Positions 52,706 to 63,294 of a stretch of 64,000 nt of DNA are shown in pieces. A program made the translations under genes and the position numbers. Numbering within the stretch: position 1 is the stretch's first letter; the number at the start of each line of letters is the position of its first letter. The DNA comes from Candidatus Poribacteria bacterium (GTDB taxonomy: Bacteria > Poribacteria > WGA-4E > PCPOR2b). A model generated the notes under the pieces. That model was not told the DNA's origin. It did not search any database and was given only the letters and a program-made list of their open reading frames with translations. Location of the stretch: the NCBI GenBank assembly GCA_965198175.1, contig OZ240245.1:4544001-4608000 (forward strand), written 5' to 3'.

Positions 52706-54334
52706 CTATTTCCGCCGCAACGGTTGCGACTGTAGCCAGCCAATTGTGCCGATGAGCTCTTCTTGCTTATCTCCCATAGGAACTTCGATTAAGGCAGGTT
52801 TGTTCACCTCAAGTGCATCTTGTAGGACTCTCTTGAAATCAGCCGGATTGTTCACCCTAACGGCATACGCGCCAAACGATTTAGCAAACTCGACAAAATC
52901 AGGATTTAACAGATCTGTATCAATTGTACGTCCGTTGCAGCTCTGCTGCTGAGATCCCTTAATTGCAGTCAAAGCATTATCGTTCACAACAATCGTTACA
53001 ACATTGATGCCATACATCATTGCCGTTGCCAACTCAAAAGCACCCATCATGAAACCGCCATCTCCACTAAAGCACACGACTGGTTTATCCGGATGTGCGA
53101 TTTTCGCCCCAATCGCTGCAGGAAAAGCGTGACCCAAAGCAACTCCGATGCACGGATAGAGGAAAGTATGGGGTTGATAGATGGGAAATTCAGCAAATGT
53201 AGCGTAGCCAATTGAATGGACATCGACCGAAAGGATTCCATCGGTTGGGAGTACGTCACGGATTTCCGGCAGCAGGGGCATAGGCGGTTGAGTCGCAAAT
53301 TTTTCTCGAAGCCGATTCAACGGCTGATTCCAATCGTCTTCGCTAACCTCAACTTCCTCGATTAACGCTTGCAACGTTAGCTTGAGATCGCCGACGACGT
53401 TAACGTCGCAAGGATACTCTCGCCCTATTTCGGTTTCATCCGCATCAATCTGAATCAGCGGACGTGAAGGTTCGAAACTCCAGTCCCTTGTATCAATCGA
53501 GGTAAAACGCGGCCCAATTGCGAGGGTACAATCTGCGATTTGCATGCCTTGACGTGCGAGAAAACCGTTACTATTCCTCAGTGCCAGCCGGTGATCCTCG
53601 CGAAGCGCACCTTTTGCACATCGCGTCACGATAACAGGAGCGTTGAGTTTCTCGGCGAGCTGCCGTAATTCCTCACGTGCGTCGGCATGAATAACGGAAG
53701 ATCCAACAAATAAGAGAGGCATTTTTGCCCGCTTGAGTGTTTTCGCCGCGGATCTGATGTCGCCGGCATCTGGCGGGGAGACCGTGGGTCGATTTACTCG
53801 TGGGGGAATAGTAACTTTCCCCTCTCCGGTGATGACGTCCATAGGGAATTCCAGCACGGCAGGGCCGGGACGACCGGCTCGCATCGCCCGAAAAGCATCT
53901 TCGACGACGATGGGGACTTCTTCGACCGTCTTCGGGATTGCACAATACTTCGTGATAGGTTTGAAGAAGTGCATCTGATCCAAGCCGTGAAACATCTTGC
54001 TTGGATGTTTCACGTAAAATTTCGAATCGCTTTGGCCGGTGATCAGTAGCACAGGAACACAATCGGTAAATGCTTCTAATATGCCGGTTGAGGCGTTGCT
54101 CGCGCCTGGCCCGGGTACTGTCAGGGCAACGCCAACCTCGCCAGTGGAACGGGCAAAACCGTCTGCCATCTGGGTTGCAGAATATTCGTGGCGTACGAGA
54201 TAGTGTTCTATGACGCCTGCACCACACCGCAGAAGGGAATCATAAATCTGAATGTTTTGGGTGCCTGGCATGCCAAAAATGCAGCGTACTCCCTGCGCTT
54301 TCAGGCATTCAACGAGAATATCTCCACCTTTCAT
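52706..54334 (-). CDS. Thiamine diphosphate-dependent enzyme (acetolactate synthase-like)
   Basis: IFGMPG, RHE, GPGASN, GDGGFMM...VNDN ThDP motif. Confidence 0.92.
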   Translation of the reverse strand: MKGGDILVECLKAQGVRCIFGMPGTQNIQIYDSLLRCGAGVIEHYLVRHEYSATQMADGFARSTGEVGVALTVPGPGASNASTGILEAFTDCVPVLLITGQSDSKFYVKHPSKMFHGLDQMHFFKPITKYCAIPKTVEEVPIVVEDAFRAMRAGRPGPAVLEFPMDVITGEGKVTIPPRVNRPTVSPPDAGDIRSAAKTLKRAKMPLLFVGSSVIHADAREELRQLAEKLNAPVIVTRCAKGALREDHRLALRNSNGFLARQGMQIADCTLAIGPRFTSIDTRDWSFEPSRPLIQIDADETEIGREYPCDVNVVGDLKLTLQALIEEVEVSEDDWNQPLNRLREKFATQPPMPLLPEIRDVLPTDGILSVDVHSIGYATFAEFPIYQPHTFLYPCIGVALGHAFPAAIGAKIAHPDKPVVCFSGDGGFMMGAFELATAMMYGINVVTIVVNDNALTAIKGSQQQSCNGRTIDTDLLNPDFVEFAKSFGAYAVRVNNPADFKRVLQDALEVNKPALIEVPMGDKQEELIGTIGWLQSQPLRRK

Positions 54335-54367
54335 TCCTGTCCTATGGCCAGTTTGAAATTTGGTCGA

Positions 54368-54763
54368 TTATCGGGAGATTTCATTCGTATTCCATAATGC
54401 AGCACACTTTGCACAAGGACAGATTTCTCGCAGTGTTTCAAAAGAATAAATGCCAGTCGAATGACCATCGCTCCACAAAAATTGGATAGCGTACCGACCA
54501 ACAAGCTGAATGTCAACTGCGCGAACTTCGTGCGGAACGGCAAGTCGAGATGCATCACCGAATCCGTTTGGGCCAAATAGGGAGTGAACATCTTGCCCAC
54601 CATGTCGTTCCATTGAGCAACCTGCACAGGGGCATAAACGCCTGAGATAGAGAATGGGAAATTTACTTTCGTGTCCATCTTTCCAAACTATCAGGAAAGT
54701 TGTATCACTGAGTTTTCTAAGTGTTTTGGGTTGCTTTTGTTCGACAGATAAAGTTGATAGCAT
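54368..54763 (-). CDS. DUF971 / GBBH-like N-terminal domain protein
   Basis: WKDGHES, LRRLCPCAGC, VGRYAI, WSDGHSTGIYSF. Confidence 0.9.
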   Translation of the reverse strand: MLSTLSVEQKQPKTLRKLSDTTFLIVWKDGHESKFPILYLRRLCPCAGCSMERHGGQDVHSLFGPNGFGDASRLAVPHEVRAVDIQLVGRYAIQFLWSDGHSTGIYSFETLREICPCAKCAALWNTNEISR

Positions 54764-54821
54764 TTTTTTGTTCTATTTCAGGCGTTTACCTAAATCACGT
54801 CTACATTCCAAGAAAAGCCCC

Positions 54822-55121
54822 CTAAAAAATCCCCAGCTCATCCTTTGCTTCTTCGCTCATCATCTCAGGGCTCCAGCGAGGTGTCCAAACGACGTTGACG
54901 TTGGCATCGTCAATCCCATCAAGCTGCTCGACAAGATGCTGCGTCCCATTGATAAGTTGCCCACCCGCCGGACAACCAGGGCTTGTTAAGGTCATCGTGA
55001 TGTTAGCAGTATTGCCCTGGATGTCAACGCCGTAGATTAACCCCATATCCACAATGTTAATGCCAACCTCTGGATCGATGATTTCTTTTAAGGTCTCAAA
55101 AACAGTTTCTTCTGTGACCAT
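54822..55121 (-). CDS. sufT: DUF59 (SufT/PaaD-like) Fe-S assembly protein
   Basis: DPEVGINIVDMGLIY, MTLTSPGCP, VWTPRWSPEMMS. Confidence 0.9.
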   Translation of the reverse strand: MVTEETVFETLKEIIDPEVGINIVDMGLIYGVDIQGNTANITMTLTSPGCPAGGQLINGTQHLVEQLDGIDDANVNVVWTPRWSPEMMSEEAKDELGIF

Positions 55122-55222
55122 CAAAATCTCCTTTTCATGCAAAAGAGACGGAGCGTCTCTGAGAAAATCGATCTCTGTTTGCTGCTTTAGTCCATCTTCT
55201 CAGAAACCGCGTGTTCTATTTC

Positions 55223-55534
55223 TTAATCAACGCACACAAGAATATTGTCACCTTCGACTTTGATTTTATAACACTCTACCGGTTCAACAGCCGGCATACA
55301 GAGGGCTTCACCTGTCCGAATGTTAAAACGTGCTCCATGTCTGGGACATTCAATCTCATCGCCTTCCAACTCGCCCTCGGCGAGAGGACCCCCATCGTGA
55401 GTACAAACGTCGTCAATGGCATAAAACTCGCCATCCGCATTGAAAACCGCGACCGGAAAGCCATCCACTTCAACTATCTTCTTGCCTCCTGGAGGCAACT
55501 CGCAGACCTCCGCAACCTTGAAAAACTGGCTCAT
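55223..55534 (-). CDS. Rieske-type ferredoxin
   Basis: CTH...CPRHGARF. Confidence 0.95.
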   Translation of the reverse strand: MSQFFKVAEVCELPPGGKKIVEVDGFPVAVFNADGEFYAIDDVCTHDGGPLAEGELEGDEIECPRHGARFNIRTGEALCMPAVEPVECYKIKVEGDNILVCVD

Positions 55535-55555
55535 TAATCCATGTCCTCCCTACGC

Positions 55556-55942
55556 CTAATCCTCGTCTCCCGGCCACCCTTTAAGCCCATAAGCGCCAGC
55601 TTTTAGCACCTTCAACGCTAACAGTCCACATTTCAGACGTACGGGTCCTAAAGGAATACCAAGCATTTCCAACTGGTCCTCCCTGCCCAACCCTTTCACG
55701 TCTTCCAAACATTGCCCTTTAATCCGCTCGGTTAGCATCGAAGCCGCCGCTTGGCTAATCGTACATCCATGACCACGCCATCGAACATCCACGATAACAC
55801 CGTCCTTGACAGTCAAATCCATCTGAATCTTATCCCCACATAACGGATTGTCCTCTTCGTAAGAGATGTCGGGATTCTCAAGAGTTCCATAATTACTGGG
55901 GTTTTCGTAATGATCAAGAATATCTTCTTCGTAGATATTCAT
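55556..55942 (-). CDS. sufU: SUF system NifU-family scaffold/sulfur acceptor
   Basis: ILDHYENP, NPLCGD, GCTISQAAAS, RLKC. Confidence 0.93.
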   Translation of the reverse strand: MNIYEEDILDHYENPSNYGTLENPDISYEEDNPLCGDKIQMDLTVKDGVIVDVRWRGHGCTISQAAASMLTERIKGQCLEDVKGLGREDQLEMLGIPLGPVRLKCGLLALKVLKAGAYGLKGWPGDED

Positions 55943-57186
55943 CCCCGCCTCCGTATCAGAATCTTTTGGGCATTTAGAAGTCCGTCATAGAGGCTATCAA
56001 CCTCTTCAAGTTTATTGTAGAGATAGAAACTCGCGCGAGCAGTAGCGATGACACCGAATCTTTGCATTAGCGGTTGAGTACAGTGGTGCCCCGCTCGAAT
56101 TGCGACTCCGTCCTGATCTACTATGCCGGCTACGTCGTGTGCATGGATGCGATCTAAATTAAACGTGATCGCACCTACTTTATGACGCGGTTTAGGGCCA
56201 TAGATAGTAATACCCTCAATTTCACTTAATTTCTGGTGTGCGTACTCAAGAAGATCTTGCTCGTGCGGGTGGATTGCATCAAGTCCAATGTCGTTGAGAT
56301 AGTCTACAGCCGCGCCAAGTCCAATCGCTTGAGCAATGCTCGGCGTTCCCGCTTCAAACTTCTGAGGCAAATCAGCATAGGTTGAGCGTTCACGTTGGAC
56401 GGTGCGAATCATCGAACCACCACCCAAAAACGGTGGCATCTCTTCTAGCAGATCCAACTTACCATAGAGTACACCAATACCGGTGGGACCACACATTTTA
56501 TGCCCTGAGAAAGCGAGGAAATCACAATTGATAGCTTGCACATCAACCGGCAAATGCGGAACGCTTTGAGCCGCATCAATGAGGACTTTTGCACCAACTG
56601 CATGTGCCGCGGTAGTGATTGATTGAACAGGATTGACCGTGCCGAGTACATTAGAAACGTGAGTTATTGCAACAAGTTTGGTGCGTTCCGTCAACAACCG
56701 ATCCAAGTCCTCCAAATGCAAAAACCCTTCATCGGTAACCTCAATGAACTGTAGCTTTGCTCCTGTCCGCTGAGCAAGCAGTTGCCATGGAACAAGGTTA
56801 CTATGATGTTCCATTACAGAGACAAGAATTTCATCCCCCGCTCGCAGGTTGGCATTACCCCAGCTGTAGGCGACAATATTAATCGATTCCGTTGTATTTC
56901 GCGTAAAGATAATCTGGCAGGGGCGTCGGGCATTGATAAAACGCGCAATCTTCTTTCGGCTCTCTTCGTACAGCGCGGTCGCTTTCTCAGAGATTCGATA
57001 GATGCCACGATGGATATTTGCGTTATAGGCGCGATAGTATTCACTCAATGCCTCGATAACGCGATTCGGCTTCTGAGAAGATGCCGCACTATCCAGATAG
57101 ACTAGCGGCGGATCGATTTTTTGTTTTAAAATGGGGAAGTCGTCACGGATAGCTTCCACATCCAGAGGACGAAACGCATCATTCAT
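55939..57186 (-). CDS. sufS: Cysteine desulfurase SufS
   Basis: YLDSAASSQKP, EHHSN, FSGHKM, RAGHHC. Confidence 0.96.
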   Translation of the reverse strand: MNDAFRPLDVEAIRDDFPILKQKIDPPLVYLDSAASSQKPNRVIEALSEYYRAYNANIHRGIYRISEKATALYEESRKKIARFINARRPCQIIFTRNTTESINIVAYSWGNANLRAGDEILVSVMEHHSNLVPWQLLAQRTGAKLQFIEVTDEGFLHLEDLDRLLTERTKLVAITHVSNVLGTVNPVQSITTAAHAVGAKVLIDAAQSVPHLPVDVQAINCDFLAFSGHKMCGPTGIGVLYGKLDLLEEMPPFLGGGSMIRTVQRERSTYADLPQKFEAGTPSIAQAIGLGAAVDYLNDIGLDAIHPHEQDLLEYAHQKLSEIEGITIYGPKPRHKVGAITFNLDRIHAHDVAGIVDQDGVAIRAGHHCTQPLMQRFGVIATARASFYLYNKLEEVDSLYDGLLNAQKILIRRRG

Positions 57187-57505
57187 GCACACCTCCAATT
57201 GCTACAACCACCTGTGGATGTCCAATAGCCAAAGATAAACTTACTTGTGAATGCCCCGATGAGGAATCCACAAATTTACAATCGGTTGTCCACAGCCCTT
57301 TAGCTCTAATGGTATGAACTTCGCGAATCCTGCCACCGTCAGTATCTAGCACCCATTCCCCCCCTGCTTGCGCATAGCACAGACAGATTTGGATTTGCAA
57401 GACGCTGCTTCCAATCACTTGACGAATCTACATCACGGTTTGGGTAGCGATGCCGATTTTAGGCACAATTCGCGTGTAAGACAGTAAGATAGACCAGCGG
57501 GCTCA

Positions 57506-57547
57506 ACTACTTCCCCTGTAGCACGATGCCGCTATAGGGGAAGTAGT
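57506..57547. repeat. 17-bp inverted repeat hairpin inside the suf operon
   Basis: ACTACTTCCCCTGTAGC-N8-GCTATAGGGGAAGTAGT with one G-T pair. Confidence 0.8.
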
Positions 57548-57763
57548 GGTTTTGACAATTGGGGCGGTTTAATCCATCAGGGTGGACGTGTTACTGCGGC
57601 CGGGATTGTGAAAATACACTATGAACCAAACCCGATTGGAAAGTCCACGTGAGTAGTCTAGCACGTCTTTCATCTATTTGCACTTTCGTTTTAGCATGAG
57701 TCGCAAAGGTTGATGAAATTTACAACTATTCTTGAATCGTAATGAAACATACTAAATATTTCA

Positions 57764-58144
57764 TCAAGACTTTGACAAAAAGCTACTTGCCCACTTTGAC
57801 AATCTGCTTTGTGGCTGATCGATGTTTACCGTGACCTCACCGTGATCGGCGCAAGCTTGATCCGTCGCCACACCAACGTCAACATCGCTCGGCACCACAT
57901 GTCCTTCTTCGAGGAGATATGCTTCAACTTCATCACCGTTCACATCGGCTAGGATGACGCCATCAATCTCAATCGTCGGCTGAAGGGGCTGCCCGCTCTT
58001 TTCCACCATTTCGCGATAGTTGTCCGTGTTGTTGATAATGTCCCTGTCCTCGTACTCCAAACCATATTTCTGAAAAATCGCACGAACACCATTGCTCCAA
58101 CCACAGACGGGTTTCATATAGGCGGTAATCATGGGTTGATTCAT
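57764..58144 (-). CDS. Monothiol glutaredoxin-like protein (CGWS)
   Basis: AYMKPVCGWSNG, KSGQPLQPTIEIDG; start refined to MNQPM. Confidence 0.8.
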   Translation of the reverse strand: MNQPMITAYMKPVCGWSNGVRAIFQKYGLEYEDRDIINNTDNYREMVEKSGQPLQPTIEIDGVILADVNGDEVEAYLLEEGHVVPSDVDVGVATDQACADHGEVTVNIDQPQSRLSKWASSFLSKS

Positions 58145-58219
58145 TTCTTGCTTCCTTTCTTTAGTGGGTATATTAGGTATTTGTATTAGGCATTGGGTTA
58201 AATACCCAATCCCCAATTT

Positions 58220-59671
58220 CTAAACTGCGAGTTTGTGTGTAACTAATTGCTGCAATTGCTCCCGGACAGATTCCAACGGAATTCTTGCCATTGCTGGCTC
58301 AAAAAAGCCCGCGACAATCGCCTTTTCAGCCTGATCATAAGACAACCCTCGGCTCATGAGGTAGAACACTTGTTCTGCATCAATGGAGCCAGCAGTTGCA
58401 CCGTGGGTGCAACGGACCTCCTTTGCCTCAATTTCTAAGCCAGGAAGCGTATCCGCGTGAGCGCGTTTATTCAAAACCAAATTATCATTCTTTTGATACG
58501 CATCCGTATGCTGTCCTTCGGGGTGAACGTAAATCATGCCACTCCACACTGTTTGTGACTGATTCTTGAGCACAGTTTTATAGAGCAAGTCGCTGGATGT
58601 GTGAGGTGCTTTATGTTCTTGATATGTGTGAATATCAACGTGTTGGCGAGCATGGGTGAACGTGAGCCCGAGCATTTCAACACGACATCCGGCACCCTCT
58701 AGAACGGATACTTGATTCAACTTGCTCACGCGGCTCCCTAATGCCCCTGTAATCCAACGAAATTCGGCATCTCTACCGACAATAGCTCGCTGGCTTGAAA
58801 AGTTCCAGACTTGGTGATTCCACCTTTGTACCTGTGCGTAATTCACTTGGGCGTTGCGTCCGACAAAAATTTCAACAGCGCCACAATGTAGTCCTGGTGT
58901 GGTAGCATCTCCCGATAGCTGTTCTTCCACGATTGTAATCTGACTTGAATCATCAGCAACAATTATCGTATGCGCCAGATCCGCCCGATGTGGCTCAGAC
59001 AAAGCGATAAAAACACGCAGCGGAATCTCGACGACAACGCCTTTGGGAACATGCAGCAGGTATCCTCCTTGCCAGAAGGCTCCGTGCAGCGCGTCAAAGC
59101 CATTCCATTCAATTGTTACGGCTTTGGACATGAAATATGAACGCACGAAATCTGGACGTTCCTGCAGCGCCGTATTAATATCCGCAAAGTATACCCCTTT
59201 GCGTACAAGGTCTTTCGATAGAGCACTCCCTACAACGAGACCATCTTGTAAACCAATTACCCCAGACGTTGACGTCCTATTAGATTGAATCTGCGTGTCC
59301 AGAGTGTTGGACAAAGAAGGGCGGTCTGGAGTATCCGTGGGTGTCAAGTTCCCGTTCGGTGTGAGCGCAATAGGTTGATACTCCTCTAACTTCAACCCTC
59401 GCATACTTCTCGCTGTACGACGCCAATAATCCTGGGCGCTCATACTGACTTTCTGACGCCACATATCATCGGAAGTGGTATGAGGCATTGGAAGGCTATC
59501 GTAGAGTTTATAAGCATCCAATCGGCGTGAGCGCATCCATTGCGGCTCATCCTGCTCGCTGGATATTTTTTCGACAAATTCCCGTGAGAAATTGCCCTTA
59601 TGCACTTCATAAACACGAAGCGAATTTTGGACGAATTCCGACCCCAACTCTGTCTCCATTAGAAATTTCAT
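58220..59671 (-). CDS. sufD: Fe-S cluster assembly protein SufD
   Basis: QHTDAYQKNDNL, PGLEIEA, CTHGATAG, FYLMSRG. Confidence 0.93.
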   Translation of the reverse strand: MKFLMETELGSEFVQNSLRVYEVHKGNFSREFVEKISSEQDEPQWMRSRRLDAYKLYDSLPMPHTTSDDMWRQKVSMSAQDYWRRTARSMRGLKLEEYQPIALTPNGNLTPTDTPDRPSLSNTLDTQIQSNRTSTSGVIGLQDGLVVGSALSKDLVRKGVYFADINTALQERPDFVRSYFMSKAVTIEWNGFDALHGAFWQGGYLLHVPKGVVVEIPLRVFIALSEPHRADLAHTIIVADDSSQITIVEEQLSGDATTPGLHCGAVEIFVGRNAQVNYAQVQRWNHQVWNFSSQRAIVGRDAEFRWITGALGSRVSKLNQVSVLEGAGCRVEMLGLTFTHARQHVDIHTYQEHKAPHTSSDLLYKTVLKNQSQTVWSGMIYVHPEGQHTDAYQKNDNLVLNKRAHADTLPGLEIEAKEVRCTHGATAGSIDAEQVFYLMSRGLSYDQAEKAIVAGFFEPAMARIPLESVREQLQQLVTHKLAV

Positions 59672-59709
59672 TCAGAAGGAATATTGAACCTTCGAAAGGT
59701 TGTCAATTT

Positions 59710-61128
59710 CTATCCAACTGACCCTTCCATCTGAAGTTGGATTAACCGGTTCATCTCCACTGCGTATTCCATCGGAAGTTCCTTAACGAGTGGTTCAATA
59801 AACCCATTTACAATCATCGTCGAAGCCTCCTCTTCGGAGAGTCCGCGACTCATCATATAGAATAGCTGCTCCTCGCCAATCTTGCTGACACGCGCTTCGT
59901 GTCCAATATTCACGTCGCTTTCACCAATTTCGATGACCGGATAGGTGTCAGATCGAGATTCCTCATCAAGGATGAGGGCATCACAGACAACGTTGGATTT
60001 ACACTGGCTCGCGCCCTTAAGGACTTTGAGCTCACCACGATAGCTAGAGCGCCCACCGTCTTTGCTAATCGACTTAGAAGTGATGCGCGAACTCGTGTTC
60101 GGGGCGCAATGGATAACCTTGCCCCCCGCATCCTGATGCTGACCTTTGCTCGCAAAAGCAATTGAAAGAATCTCGCCGTGAGCTCCTTTTCCCATCATAT
60201 AAACGCTAGGGTACTTCATTGTCAGCTTCGAACCTAAGTTTCCATCGATCCATTCCATGTGGGCGTCCTCGTAGGCAACAGCTCGCTTCGTGACAAGGTT
60301 ATATACGTTATTTGCCCAGTTCTGGATTGTAGTGTAGCGGACACGTGACCCTTTCTTGCAGATAATCTCGACAACAGCGCTGTGAAGTGACGAACTGGAG
60401 AATGTGGGAGCTGTGCAACCTTCTACATAGTGAACTTGAGCGCCTTCATCCACAATAATCAGCGTTCGCTCAAACTGCCCCATGTTTTCGGTGTTGATAC
60501 GGAAGTACGCCTGCAGTGGATAATCGACCTTCACACCGGGGGGGACATAGATAAAGCTGCCCCCGCTCCAAACAGCACTGTTGAGCGCGGCAAATTGGTT
60601 ATCTGCTGACGGAATAACTGTCCCAAGATACTTCTTAATAAGATCGGGATACTCGCGGACAGCCGTGTCAGTATCGACAAAGATAACACCAATCTTATCC
60701 AATTCCGCCTCAATGTTGTGGTAGACAACTTCTGAGTCATATTGCGCACCGACGCCAGCGAGGAACTTTCGCTCGGCTTCGGGAATGCCGAGTCGATCAA
60801 AGGTTTTCTTGATGTCTTCGGGAACGTCATCCCAACTGCGCTCACTCCGATCAGAAGCTTTGACGTAATAGAAAATGTCATCGAAGTCGAGTTGAGAGAG
60901 ATCGCCACCCCAGTTTATCATCGGCTTTTGTTTGAAGATTTCATAAGCTTTCAGCCGATATTGTCGCATCCAATCGGGTTCGCCTTTGACATCACACATC
61001 TGATTAATGATTTCAGCATCTATGCCCTTGCGAGATTTGAAGACAGGCTTAATATCATCATGAAACCCGTATCTATACTCGCTGTCCATGCCAAGGTCTT
61101 CTTGCATTTGCGTTTTGGGTACTGCCAT
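59710..61128 (-). CDS. sufB: Fe-S cluster assembly protein SufB
   Basis: [38 protein letters not shown]; no intein apparent. Confidence 0.98.
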   Translation of the reverse strand: MAVPKTQMQEDLGMDSEYRYGFHDDIKPVFKSRKGIDAEIINQMCDVKGEPDWMRQYRLKAYEIFKQKPMINWGGDLSQLDFDDIFYYVKASDRSERSWDDVPEDIKKTFDRLGIPEAERKFLAGVGAQYDSEVVYHNIEAELDKIGVIFVDTDTAVREYPDLIKKYLGTVIPSADNQFAALNSAVWSGGSFIYVPPGVKVDYPLQAYFRINTENMGQFERTLIIVDEGAQVHYVEGCTAPTFSSSSLHSAVVEIICKKGSRVRYTTIQNWANNVYNLVTKRAVAYEDAHMEWIDGNLGSKLTMKYPSVYMMGKGAHGEILSIAFASKGQHQDAGGKVIHCAPNTSSRITSKSISKDGGRSSYRGELKVLKGASQCKSNVVCDALILDEESRSDTYPVIEIGESDVNIGHEARVSKIGEEQLFYMMSRGLSEEEASTMIVNGFIEPLVKELPMEYAVEMNRLIQLQMEGSVG

Positions 61129-61193
61129 ATTCTACCCCTTTCTTGGAGTGATTGCTTCAGCAGAAGTAAATCTCCGTGTTTACCTCATCCTTA

Positions 61194-62024
61194 CTATCTT
61201 GAAGCAGATAAGGTTTCTCCTGCTTCTTCGTCGCCTAATACTTCCGGTCTGATTCCGTATTTCTCACGTATCGGATCGTATCCTTCATCCTCCAAAAGTT
61301 GGGCGAGTTCCCAACCGCCTGATTCCACAATTCTGCCATCAAGCAGAATGTGTACGAACTCTGGACGGATATAGCTGAGGAGACGCGGATAGTGGGTAAT
61401 AATTAAGACGCCTAACTCTGATCCAATCAACTGGCTCACGCTTTCACCGACGATGCGTACAGCGTCAATATCTAATCCAGAATCCGTCTCATCAAGAATT
61501 GCAATCTTGGGTTCGAGCATCGCTAGTTGCAAAACCTCGGCTCGTTTCTTCTCGCCACCTGAAAAACCGTCGTTGAGATAGCGGCGGGCAAACGATTCAT
61601 CAATGCCGAGCCGTTTCATTTTTTCGCGCAATTCCCGCCGAAACTCGCGCATTGGAATGAGTTCTGTTGTTTCGCCGCCATTCGAATTTTCACCGCGCAC
61701 CGCGCTCGCCGCCATGCGGAGGAAGTTTGCCATACTCACGCCGGGAACCGCTGTCGGATATTGAAAAGCGAGAAAAAGACCAAGTCTTGCACGTTCATTC
61801 GGTTCCAATTCAAGAATGTCCACACCATCAAACATGACTTCACCGGAATCGACTTCGTAGAATGGGTGCCCCATAAGTGTGTTTGCAAGCGTACTTTTGC
61901 CGGATCCATTCGGCCCCATAAGTGCGTGAATCTCTCCCTGTTTGACCGCCAAATTCAGACCCTTGATAATGGGTTGCCCTTCCACGCTGATATGTAAATC
62001 CTTAATGACTAGTTGGTTGCTCAT
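61194..62024 (-). CDS. sufC: Fe-S cluster assembly ATPase SufC
   Basis: GPNGSGKST, LAFQYP, GFSGGEKKR, LDETDSGLD. Confidence 0.98.
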   Translation of the reverse strand: MSNQLVIKDLHISVEGQPIIKGLNLAVKQGEIHALMGPNGSGKSTLANTLMGHPFYEVDSGEVMFDGVDILELEPNERARLGLFLAFQYPTAVPGVSMANFLRMAASAVRGENSNGGETTELIPMREFRRELREKMKRLGIDESFARRYLNDGFSGGEKKRAEVLQLAMLEPKIAILDETDSGLDIDAVRIVGESVSQLIGSELGVLIITHYPRLLSYIRPEFVHILLDGRIVESGGWELAQLLEDEGYDPIREKYGIRPEVLGDEEAGETLSASR

Positions 62025-62113
62025 TAACGCTCGTTTGACTCCTTATTTTCTATATTGCGTGAGGTGTGTTGGACCAAACGGGAAACATAATTAAATTCTT
62101 TCATAATCCTCCA

Positions 62114-63112
62114 TTATCCACCTATCATGGACATATTGCGCGAAGGTTTTATAAAGTCCGCTGAATTGATTTTATGCCCTGCTTCCTTCTGCTTCACGGC
62201 ATCAACGATGAGATCCACAAGGGTCTCCTTAGGGAATCCTGCACGTAACGGCGTCAGCAAATCGGTTTCCGTAAGCGAAAAAAGACAAGCCCGGAATTTA
62301 CCATCGGCAGTGAGACGGATGCGATTACACTGATCACAAAATGGTTCGCTTACCGAAGCGATAACTCCGACTTCGCCGCCGCCATCTATAAAACGGTAAC
62401 GCTTTGCCGGCTCATGCTTCCCATCTCCATTCATGTTAATTGGTTCCAACGGATAGGTTTCATTGATTTTACCGATTAGCGCTTTGCCCGGAATAAACAT
62501 ATTCCGCCCCCAAATGTCGTCTGCATCTAAAGGCATAAATTCAATAAACCGGAGTTGATAGGCATTTTCACGAGCGAACTCAGCCAAGTCAATAACTTCA
62601 TCATCGGTAAATCCACGCATTGCAACTGCATTTACTTTGATGGGATTGAACCCACAACGCTGCGCTTCTTTCAGTCCCTCAAGCGTCTTTGAAAGCATCT
62701 TGCGACGCGTCATTTGCTCAAATTTCTCTTCGTTCAGTGTATCAAGACTGACGTTGATACGTCGTAGCCCGGCATCATAAAGCGCTTTTGCTTGCTTGGC
62801 TAAACCGATGCCATTGGTTGTCAAGCTAATGTCCCTTATCCCCTCAATTTGCCAGAGTTGGCTAATGAGTTTTGGAACCCCCGGTCGAACTAGCGGCTCA
62901 CCCCCCGTGATCCGAATCTTATTAACTCCTAAATCAGCGAAGAGACGGGTCAGGTAGACGATTTCATCAAAACTCATTATCCCTTCATTTTCCATGAACT
63001 CCATGTCTTCTGGCATGCAGTAAATGCAGCGCATATTACACTTATCTGTCACGGAAATGCGTAGGTTCGTATGAATTCTATCGAAACTGTCAATTAACTG
63101 AGTTTTCATCAT
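62114..63112 (-). CDS. moaA: GTP 3',8-cyclase MoaA
   Basis: CNMRCIYC, TGGEP, FCDQCNRIRL, C-terminal MSMIGG. Confidence 0.97.
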   Translation of the reverse strand: MMKTQLIDSFDRIHTNLRISVTDKCNMRCIYCMPEDMEFMENEGIMSFDEIVYLTRLFADLGVNKIRITGGEPLVRPGVPKLISQLWQIEGIRDISLTTNGIGLAKQAKALYDAGLRRINVSLDTLNEEKFEQMTRRKMLSKTLEGLKEAQRCGFNPIKVNAVAMRGFTDDEVIDLAEFARENAYQLRFIEFMPLDADDIWGRNMFIPGKALIGKINETYPLEPINMNGDGKHEPAKRYRFIDGGGEVGVIASVSEPFCDQCNRIRLTADGKFRACLFSLTETDLLTPLRAGFPKETLVDLIVDAVKQKEAGHKINSADFIKPSRNMSMIGG

Positions 63113-63294
63113 CTAAAAGTAGGGAATTTGAGAGAATACCGTTCGTTTTAAATCACGCATATGATAACACAAGCAGATGTATTTTTTCAAGTTTTTTATG
63201 GTAAATACCTTAAAAAAGAGCGGAGTATTCACGTAGAGATAGATGAATCCATCTGCCGATGGGTGAACCTCCACAGGTCTGTCAAATGCGTGAC

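Noticed and set aside
60742..61374. 210-aa plus-strand ORF and the many other short antisense ORFs in the track
   Set aside because: Shadow frames opposite well-supported genes such as sufB/sufC and rpoB/rpoC
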